From Oscillospiraceae bacterium (GTDB taxonomy: Bacteria > Bacillota > Clostridia > Oscillospirales > Oscillospiraceae), in contig JAZNZR010000087.1 in assembly GCA_045595025.1 (NCBI GenBank), positions 1,066-65,065 on the forward strand: DNA of 64,000 nucleotides, written 5' to 3'. Below the pieces are notes generated by a model that was given only the letters and a program-made list of their open reading frames with translations, was not told the origin of the DNA and ran no database searches. The position numbers were made by a program, and so were the translations under genes. Positions 45,123-53,800 of this stretch are shown one piece after another; positions within the stretch are counted from its first letter, which is position 1; each line of letters begins with the position of its first letter.

Positions 45123-45631
45123 ATCTCACTATTACCTCCTTCGCTTCTGCTTAATAGGTCACTAAAATCAGCATCCACTCCGGCTGCAATCTTTGCCAGA
45201 GAGGAGATTCGAGGATTGACAGTTCTCTTGTTCAGGGTTCGGTTAATGGTAGCTGTATCCAAACCCGTTTCCATATAGATGTGTATCTCCTTTTTTCCCG
45301 CAGCCACCAGACATCTTCGTACATTCGAGCTGAACACTAAAAGGAAATCATCCTCTGTAAAATTCTCATCCCATACGCCTGCATCACTATCGAAGGATCT
45401 CGAAAACAGTTTTGTCAGCGGAACATTAAGCGCACGGGCAATTCGGATCGCCGTGCTGAGCTGTATGTCCTTCTCGCCTAGTTCCAATGCCGAGATATAC
45501 TGGCGACTGTAACCAGAAAGCATCTCTACATCCGAGAAAGAATATTGCCTTCTCTCACGGACGCGCTGAATGTTACGGCCAAAAATTTGCAAAACACTTG
45601 CACTATATACTTTTGCCTCTTCTGTGACCAC
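45119..45631 (-). CDS. Double-HTH XRE-family protein (putative R-M controller)
   Basis: GTG start 45631 (AAGGGGTG SD). Two HTH_3-like units: GYSRQYISALELGEKDIQLSTAIRIARAL and GLDTATINRTLNKRTVNPRISSLAKIAAGV. Confidence 0.7.
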   Translation of the reverse strand: MVTEEAKVYSASVLQIFGRNIQRVRERRQYSFSDVEMLSGYSRQYISALELGEKDIQLSTAIRIARALNVPLTKLFSRSFDSDAGVWDENFTEDDFLLVFSSNVRRCLVAAGKKEIHIYMETGLDTATINRTLNKRTVNPRISSLAKIAAGVDADFSDLLSRSEGGNSEI

Positions 45632-45715
45632 TGAATATCACCCCTTTTTCATCTTGAGACCATTATAGCTTTTATTGCCAGTTGTGACTTGATGTATCTA
45701 TATCATTTTTGAGGG

Positions 45716-45752
45716 CGCAAAAAGGCTGGTTAGCAAATTGCTAACCAGCCTT
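45716..45752 (-). terminator. Rho-independent terminator between the MTase and controller/REase genes
   Basis: 14-bp stem AAGGCTGGTTAGCA / TGCTAACCAGCCTT with loop AAT. The reverse strand is followed by TTTTTGCG. Confidence 0.85.
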
Positions 45753-45767
45753 CTCAAAAATTTTGGA

Positions 45768-47792
45768 CTATTTTATTTTCTTAAGGATCTCCAAAGCTAT
45801 TGCATGGGCCATCAGCGGGGGTACTGCATTTCCAACCTGCGTATACTGAGGAGTCTCAAGCTTGCGCCGGTCACCGCCGGTCGTGCGCTTTCCTTGGAAG
45901 ACAAAGCTATCATCAAAGGATTGTAGTCTTGCCATCTCACGAACAGTCAACGAACGGTTAGATGCATAATGTGTGAAATCATCCGCAAGTGTCACAACCG
46001 TTGTGCTAGGCTTGTCCGCGCGCAAACACGAATAGTTGCGTTTGTTTGTCTTCAGCAACGGGTTGTCCGGCTCGCACTCTTTAGCTTTATGGTAATCTCC
46101 ATATTTTCTAATCAATGCATATCGTGCTTGCACTTCGGCATTATGCTTTGATGTTTCGTGGTTTTGAAGCACCGCAGATTTTTCGGCAGAACTCGAAAGT
46201 TCTTCGATTGCGTTAGCGGGGGTATAAACCGGCAACGCTTTTTTCAGCGCAGGAAATCTTTCGGGGTTCAATCGTCCTTTTCGGCTCCACTCTGCATATG
46301 TACGACACTCTTCCCCAGAACCAGCTTTATCTGCCGGCACACCAAACTTAGTCCTTGCAACAGCACCATATTTACTACATTTATGTTTCTGATAAAAAGC
46401 CTCATCGTAATCGGACACGCATTCTCCGATACCAATATAGTCGAGATCACCGATTGCTTCGGCTACACCGACTTTTTCTTCGTCGGTTACAGTGGCAGGA
46501 ATACTTGTGATTAATTCTTGATCATTTCTACAACCGATGAAGACTACTCGAGTACGATTCTGCGGCACACCATAGTCGGAAGAAAGCAATGTAATAGGCT
46601 TCTCGATTCTATACAACGCCACTTTATCGGCAATCGCGGTAAGCTCACCGTGAAGATCAGACCGATGAATAGAAACAAGCTTCAGCAGTCGCTGCATCGT
46701 CGCAAAGACGCCCTCATTTACAATTTCGAGCGCAAGGCGAACCTTTTTGGTTGCCACCAAAGATTTTGTATCTCTGGCATCATCAATCAGTCTATCGCAC
46801 TGCGTCACTGCAGCATCAATAATGGAATAGATGCTCAAAGTATCGGTCACATTATCAAACTGCTGCTTATAATTGCTTCGATTCAGATGGGACGCATTAA
46901 TTTCACGAATAACACGGTCTCTGATATTTGTCAGATCGGTCTGGTGGGAGATAAGAAGCAGCGCCTGACGAATTACATTTCTATCATCTTCTGGAATCTC
47001 TTTGTTGTTTCTATACGCGTCAACAAACTCCGAAGATAGGGTGGCACAGAACTTTTCAAGATCTGGATTAGAAATATCATTTTTGCTTTTTAGCAACGCA
47101 TCAAGCGCAAATGCTTTTTGCTGAGCAGACAGTCCGGTCGTCTCCAAGACAGAGACTGCTTTGATATAGTCAGCTCGTCTTTCTGCTGTGCGTCTATTCT
47201 GCTCGATCCAGACTTTTAACAATCTGAGGCATAATTCATACTCGATCTTCGCCTCTTTGAAACACTCACCAGATTGCGTAGATCTCTCGCAATTCAGAAC
47301 CAACTCTGCCAAGGCTTCATAGTCAACAATGTTCATGATTTCTCTCAAGATTCGCTCTTTGACTTTGCCGTTATCTTTCGTCAAAATTCCGGCAACATTT
47401 TCCATGACAAAATATTTAGGTCTAATCGCTTCGATTACCTTTAGATAGTAAGCAAACAGATCGTCTTTTTTATCGTTTTTCTTACGTTCTCCGGCCAAAC
47501 TGAAAGACTGGCACGGAGGCCCTCCGACAAGGACATCAACACTCACATCGCCAAATGTATCATTAATCCTCGCCTGAAGTGTTTCAATAAAATCGGCAGC
47601 TGTAATATCCTTTGTCAAAAATTGTGTGTTGAGCCCAAGTTGACGATTGTAACGCATCACATGAGTCACTTCACAAGTGGGATTAATGTCACTTGCTAGG
47701 AGGAAATCATAGTATGCGCCATTATACTCCGCTTGCAAAAAGCCTTCACTAAATCCACCTGCTCCTGCAAACATATCGATAAATGTAGGCAT
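45768..47792 (-). CDS. DNA (cytosine-5) methyltransferase with a ~230-aa insertion between motifs VI and VIII
   Basis: Start set at ATG 47792 (AAAGGAGG SD). Motif I FIDMFAGAGG, IV GGPPCQSFS, VI ENV, VIII QNRTRV, IX RSLTVREMARLQSF, X GNAVPP. Confidence 0.9.
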   Translation of the reverse strand: MPTFIDMFAGAGGFSEGFLQAEYNGAYYDFLLASDINPTCEVTHVMRYNRQLGLNTQFLTKDITAADFIETLQARINDTFGDVSVDVLVGGPPCQSFSLAGERKKNDKKDDLFAYYLKVIEAIRPKYFVMENVAGILTKDNGKVKERILREIMNIVDYEALAELVLNCERSTQSGECFKEAKIEYELCLRLLKVWIEQNRRTAERRADYIKAVSVLETTGLSAQQKAFALDALLKSKNDISNPDLEKFCATLSSEFVDAYRNNKEIPEDDRNVIRQALLLISHQTDLTNIRDRVIREINASHLNRSNYKQQFDNVTDTLSIYSIIDAAVTQCDRLIDDARDTKSLVATKKVRLALEIVNEGVFATMQRLLKLVSIHRSDLHGELTAIADKVALYRIEKPITLLSSDYGVPQNRTRVVFIGCRNDQELITSIPATVTDEEKVGVAEAIGDLDYIGIGECVSDYDEAFYQKHKCSKYGAVARTKFGVPADKAGSGEECRTYAEWSRKGRLNPERFPALKKALPVYTPANAIEELSSSAEKSAVLQNHETSKHNAEVQARYALIRKYGDYHKAKECEPDNPLLKTNKRNYSCLRADKPSTTVVTLADDFTHYASNRSLTVREMARLQSFDDSFVFQGKRTTGGDRRKLETPQYTQVGNAVPPLMAHAIALEILKKIK

Positions 47793-47929
47793 AGCAGAAA
47801 CCTCCTTTTTGATGTTAATTGACATTATAGCAGAATATAACTCAAATGTCCAGGCCCTATTTTCTTTTTCTTTCCTAATTCTCTCTGTTCAAAACACGGC
47901 AACCAAGTTAGTCACAATGTCGAAACTCG

Positions 47930-47958
47930 TTGAAAATAGCCGCGTTTTAGAGTATAAT
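47930..47958 (+). promoter_or_regulatory. Near-consensus sigma-A promoter of the 9.6-kb helicase operon
   Basis: TTGAAA (47930-47935), exactly 17 nt, TATAAT (47953-47958), about 105 nt upstream of ATG 48063. Confidence 0.6.
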
Positions 47959-48062
47959 TTAGTCAAGTTCAACAACAAGCTATATTTTGCATTTTAGAAA
48001 GCGGGTTTGAATCCAATTTGACCGACTGCACTAATCAGCAATTATTCGAACGGAGGTTGCAA

Positions 48063-50873
48063 ATGAATATTTTTGACAAGATCCAACACTATATTACCCG
48101 TTCGGAAACGAAATTACTTTCTCAAATCCCGGTATCTGACAACGAGTATGGCGAGTTGTTAAAGTACGTGAAATCATATGTCCTTCGGATGTATATGCAA
48201 ACCGTGGTTCCTGCTGATGCAATTGTATCGGTTTGCTTAGTTCAAATAGCCATCCGCACATATGCTGACGGAAACTATTGGGAATATTTTCTCGACGAGG
48301 TAGGCCTCGATGTTTCTGCCTCAAAACGAAATTATATTGGTCGGATATTTGCTGCAACTCTTAAAAAATACAATTTATTTGAAATCGCACACGAAACTGG
48401 TACCAAGTATGCATATGTCGAAAATATAAAGGCACATGCTTTTGTGCCTAACAATTATTTGTCCGGTTATTTTGATTTCTTATTTGCGTTTTATGATAGA
48501 AATATTCTGCGCCAATTACCAGACAATATTGATGAAGACTATCTGGAAATGTCCGAATTTTTCGCAAACACATTGCACGAAAGCGGAGATAGCTTCAGTC
48601 TAACTACACTAAACAACAAGCCTGCCAAGTCCTACAAGCTATTAAAAGCGACACGCACATTATTTGCTCAATGCGCACCAGATGTTGTCAGTCAAGAAAT
48701 CTATCGACATCTCAAAATAATTGACGATTATTATTACGATGATATTCTACCTAACATTGACGACAGATTTGGCGAGGCGTTTGCACTCTGGCAAAAAAAG
48801 AATGCCGAGATTAATGATCGAAACAAGGGCACCACAAAACGAAAAAGTGGAGCATTTTATCACAAACCTTATTTTTGTATTAATCGAAAAGATGGCACAG
48901 CCGAATTAATTATCCCAGAGCAGAAAATACGCAACGATGACTTTAACGGCGAAGTTGTCGCTAAAATCATTTGCGGCAATAGCACAAATGAATACCGCCT
49001 AAACTTATATCGCGCATTCGGTGTCATTGTATCTGAGCAAATCAAGATCCCGATCAGCAATGTCTTCTGTCACATTGAAATCACTATTAAATCTCGCACA
49101 GAAAAACGGTTTGATATTCCAGATCGTCCTTACCGCATTTTTGACGAAGATTCTATCGAGATTTTAAAGCTTCGATCTGGACAAAACTATCTTGTTACAC
49201 AAAAAGACGCCGAGGTCCGTGGGCAAAAAGCTGTATATAAGAACAGCACATTATCCACGTGGGATGAATATTCTTTTTCGAACATTGATGAAAAGTCTGT
49301 AATTTACATCAACAACTACCCGATCTCAATGATCGGAACGTTTGCTGATGGCCCTAATTTTACTCATGTTTCTAACGAGTACAAATTATCTTATGACGGC
49401 CACGAAATCCAGACTGCATTCCGACATCCCACTCTCTCGTTCCGCTTGTCCAAGGAAACATATAGTAGAGCTTTTTTGTGGTGCAATGATGAAAAATATC
49501 TGGTAGATGATATTGCAGTTTCCGTCGTGGATCTTCCGTATAGTCCTGATTTTTACGGCATTACCGTTTTGTTGCAAGACATATTAGATGATGCTGCAGG
49601 TCTGTATCGCATTTTCGTCGATGAACCCACTAAGCCCAAACGCGAAGTCTGCAAATATGTCTATCTTCCTAACCTGCGCTGCTATACAGAAAAAGCTAGA
49701 TATATTTTTTCCACCGAAGCCTCCATTACGATCATCGGTGAATATACAATTACCCCCATTAACTCCAGCATAATCGAAGTTGCCACGAACGAATATCTAG
49801 TTGACTTGAGCCAAGGCGTTGAACAAGGTGAGTTTTATGTAGAAATCGCAGGTAAACCATACACTCTCATCATTCCATTGCAAGTTTTCAAACATGGATT
49901 TGAAAAACGGTGGCAATACGAAAGACCTGACTATATTTGGGCTTCAGATCTAAAAAACGATCTGTATATCTCTATGCCCGGAGCAACCGAGGCTAGAGTA
50001 TATGTTGCCTCCAAAGACTCCAGAAAGAGCGCCTACGGAGTCCACCATGGCAATGGAATCTTTAGATTTGACATTTCAGAAATAGCAGAATACATCCGTA
50101 ACAGCCCCACCCCTTTTAATTACATTTCCCTAAAATATAGAGACAACAAGGAGCGAAACCTTTCCCTCTACAGAGTGCTAAATAGACTTTATGTGCATAA
50201 GGCAGACGTATTGTTTGACCATGATCAAGTGTTTGTAGATATATTTTATGAAGGAAAAAACGACCTAGTTTTACGTTTTGTCGAGGAAGGTACAGGACAC
50301 AGCATAGTAGAAAAAACTGTTCATAATGGCAGAAATGAATTCCCGGAACTCTCTGCGCAGGGATTGTACACCATGCACATGCTTGAAATGGTACCGGATC
50401 CCTTTGGATTTTCCACTGAGACCCATAGCATAGGCAAACCACGAACTAGGGTCGGCGCAATTGATTATATCGATATCTCTAACTGCAAAATTAATATCCA
50501 GAAAATTCTATATCACGGCCAAGAGCTTTCTCTCGACTATTCCTATGCCGTTTTTTCTTTAGAAAAGCAAGATCAGTTTACTTATACCGGCATTCTTTAT
50601 GAGCAAAAAAAGCTAGCGCCATCCTTGCCAAAAGCAAAATCTACCGCGCTTGTGAAACCGTTGCTAATCGAAGGTGTTGTGGATAACGGCGATTTCTTTA
50701 TTGTTTCTGTTCAATCTGTGTACGAAGACGATGTTTATGATCCGCTGTACTATGACAGAAAAATGAAAAAACTTACCAGAAGCGACCTCGTTTCTGGTAA
50801 AGATTATTCCAGATTCATCCCTCTTTACGATGATTCGAGTGAATACCAAATCCATATACGGAGGATAAAATAA
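48063..50873 (+). CDS. 936-aa protein of unknown function (position and size of Druantia DruH)
   Basis: Start set at ATG 48063 (CGGAGG SD). No Walker, nuclease or Zn motif recognised. Its stop overlaps the next start (TAATG). Confidence 0.75.
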   Translation: MNIFDKIQHYITRSETKLLSQIPVSDNEYGELLKYVKSYVLRMYMQTVVPADAIVSVCLVQIAIRTYADGNYWEYFLDEVGLDVSASKRNYIGRIFAATLKKYNLFEIAHETGTKYAYVENIKAHAFVPNNYLSGYFDFLFAFYDRNILRQLPDNIDEDYLEMSEFFANTLHESGDSFSLTTLNNKPAKSYKLLKATRTLFAQCAPDVVSQEIYRHLKIIDDYYYDDILPNIDDRFGEAFALWQKKNAEINDRNKGTTKRKSGAFYHKPYFCINRKDGTAELIIPEQKIRNDDFNGEVVAKIICGNSTNEYRLNLYRAFGVIVSEQIKIPISNVFCHIEITIKSRTEKRFDIPDRPYRIFDEDSIEILKLRSGQNYLVTQKDAEVRGQKAVYKNSTLSTWDEYSFSNIDEKSVIYINNYPISMIGTFADGPNFTHVSNEYKLSYDGHEIQTAFRHPTLSFRLSKETYSRAFLWCNDEKYLVDDIAVSVVDLPYSPDFYGITVLLQDILDDAAGLYRIFVDEPTKPKREVCKYVYLPNLRCYTEKARYIFSTEASITIIGEYTITPINSSIIEVATNEYLVDLSQGVEQGEFYVEIAGKPYTLIIPLQVFKHGFEKRWQYERPDYIWASDLKNDLYISMPGATEARVYVASKDSRKSAYGVHHGNGIFRFDISEIAEYIRNSPTPFNYISLKYRDNKERNLSLYRVLNRLYVHKADVLFDHDQVFVDIFYEGKNDLVLRFVEEGTGHSIVEKTVHNGRNEFPELSAQGLYTMHMLEMVPDPFGFSTETHSIGKPRTRVGAIDYIDISNCKINIQKILYHGQELSLDYSYAVFSLEKQDQFTYTGILYEQKKLAPSLPKAKSTALVKPLLIEGVVDNGDFFIVSVQSVYEDDVYDPLYYDRKMKKLTRSDLVSGKDYSRFIPLYDDSSEYQIHIRRIK

Positions 50874-53800
50874 TGCTATTCCGGCCAGCAGAAAGTTCAA
50901 AACGAATAGTTGATTTCTATAGAAACTATTTACTTACTACCTTTCGCACCAACAAGGACTACTATAACACTCAGCTGGCACAAGAGCTGGCAGAAGATGG
51001 TGTTATTTCTAGCGGTCCTTACATCAGCATGAGTGACTGTTACGCAAAGGATCGGTCTATCCGAGATCTTGTTGCCGAGAGAATTGTCACTCCTAGTTTG
51101 GGAGAATTATCTGCTCTGCATCCCGAACGTTCATTGTACAAACACCAAGTTGAAGCCATCTGCAAAGCAAACGAAGGTAAAAACCTGATTATTACAACCG
51201 GCACCGGTTCAGGAAAAACAGAATGCTTTTTGATTCCCGTTCTTAATCAATTGATGCAAGAAAAAGAAGCTGGCACATTAGATGCCGGTGTTCGAACTCT
51301 GCTAATCTACCCCATGAACGCGCTAGTCAACGACCAAATTCGCCGCCTTCGCGAAATTTTTGATGCTTACGGCGACGAAAGCATTACGTATGGCAAGTTC
51401 ACTGGTGAGACGGAAGAAAAATATATCAATGCGAGAAATGAGTTTATCAGCCGAGAGGGCGTAGAACCCAAACGAAATGAGCTGATTTCACGCGAACAAA
51501 TGCGTGCAACACCGCCCAATATTCTTATTACAAACTATGCGATGCTAGAGTATCTTCTCTTGCGTCCTGGTGACAGCATCTTCTTCAACGAACAAAATGC
51601 TAACAAATGGCGTTTTATCGTATTAGATGAGGCTCACACTTACGGAGGCGCAAAAGGTATTGAAGTAGGCACGCTTCTTAAGCGAGTCAAAGCGATGCTT
51701 GGCAAGGATGACATTCAATTTATGTTGACATCCGCAACTCTGGGCGACGAAAGCGACAACCCCAAAATTGTTAATTTTGCTTCATCATTGTGCAACGCAC
51801 AGTTTGATGAAAACTCTATTGTACGATCTGTTACAACACCGCCGACAAAGCCTGCCACAACTAAAGCTCTAGACTTTTCCATCTATCGCCACTTAGCCGA
51901 GGAGATCAGAAACAATTGTTCTCCCGAAAAAATATTGGACTGGCTCAGAGAAAACGGTATAGATGTCGTTCAGTGTGACACACCCGCATCCACGCTCGAA
52001 CAGACACTATATAACATGATCCTCCACGACTCTTTTTACTACGATGTGCGCCGCAGTCTACTAAACCACACAAAACCATTGTTGCAACTATCTAAAGAAT
52101 TAAATACTTCCGCAGATGATGTAACTGACTTTATTGCTGTAGCCTCCAACGCACAAATTAACAACGACAAAATATTCGAAGCACGATATCACATGTTCTT
52201 GCGTGGAATGGAAGGTGTTTTTGTAACCCTCCATCCCAGCAATCAGTTGTTCGTAAAAAGAATGGAGACATTCAAAGCAGATCCTTTTGACGATGATTGT
52301 GGTTATAAGGTTTTTGAAATTTCCTTTTGCCATAATTGTGGCGCCGTTTTCGTTGTTGGTCAAACACAAGATGGATATCTTGTCCAAAAGTCTAAATTTA
52401 ATGACGAATACGACCCCGAAGTATATTTGTTAGATGGTTACTACGATGATGACGAAGGCGAAGACGAAGAACCTGAAGATAACAAGTATACGGTTTGTGC
52501 AAAATGTGGCGCAATAGCCAGAGCTTCCGCAATTCCTGGTCTTTCTTGCGGACACGATAAAAGCAATTATAATACGCTTATCAAAGTGAAGGACAAAGGT
52601 GATGTTTTACACAGTTGTCCATGTTGTCATGTCACAAACACTCAGCGAAGTATCATTCGCCCGTATTTTTTGGGCAACGAAGCTGCCACTGCAGTCATTG
52701 CAACAGCACTTTATAATGAACTTCCCGACACAAAAATAACAACTAAGACAGTCGTATATGAAGATGAGTTTTTTGGAGGTGGCAATTCATCTGAAGAAAT
52801 TGAAGAACACGAAAAACTTGTCAAGCAATTTCTAACCTTCTCCGACAATCGTCAGGCTGCAGCATTTTTTGCTTCGTACTTAGAAACTACATATAGGGAT
52901 AATCTGATTAAGCGCATAATGGCACAGGTCGCTTACGACAATCAGGCAATCATGCAAAGCGGAATGAGTCTCGGCAAATTTGTTTTTGAAGTCGCACAGC
53001 TAATGAAAAAGTACGGGATTTATGCGGCTGAAGATCGCGAAAAGCAAGCATGGATGGCCACGTTGAAGGAAATGATGAATTACAAGGCGCAGAACTCTCT
53101 GCAAAATGAAGGTATTCTGTACTTTGACTTTGATTTCGCCATGCCCAAAAACGACCGACTGGGCCTTTCTGCCGAAGAGACTACAGAGCTATTCAAATCC
53201 TTGATGAAAATCTTTATGCGCGACGCTGCAATTGTTCTGCCGATACCGTTGAGCGATACAGAAATTCATTCTTTGACATTTGGTAGCCCAATCAAGGGCT
53301 ATTCCAAAAATTTTACACAGAAAAAATATGTAATATCTTGGCTTCCTAAGAGTGAGAAGGAGAATATCCGCACCAGGATTATTAGCAAGCTGTTTCCTGA
53401 TATGGATCTAGAAACAATCCATAAACTTCTGGGATCCATTTGGGACAAACTTTGCCATGACAGGATTGTGACTTACGACAGCCAAACTCAAAAATATCTG
53501 CTTGATCTTGGAAACGTTATTGTCAAAACAGTAGATGAACTGTTCATTTGCGATGAATGCAAAACTATCACCCCCTACTATTTGCGGGGCATATGCACAA
53601 ATAAACGCTGTTCAGGACATACCGACCCCTATGACTACAAATGCGCCCGAGCAACAAATCACTATTTCCACTTGTATCATGACTTGAAGATTAATGACCT
53701 CATCGCCCACGAGCACACTGCTCAGCTTGGCAGCCAAAAAGCCTACGAATATCAAAATGCTTTCAAGAGCAAAAAAGTTAATGTTCTCAGCTGTTCAACA

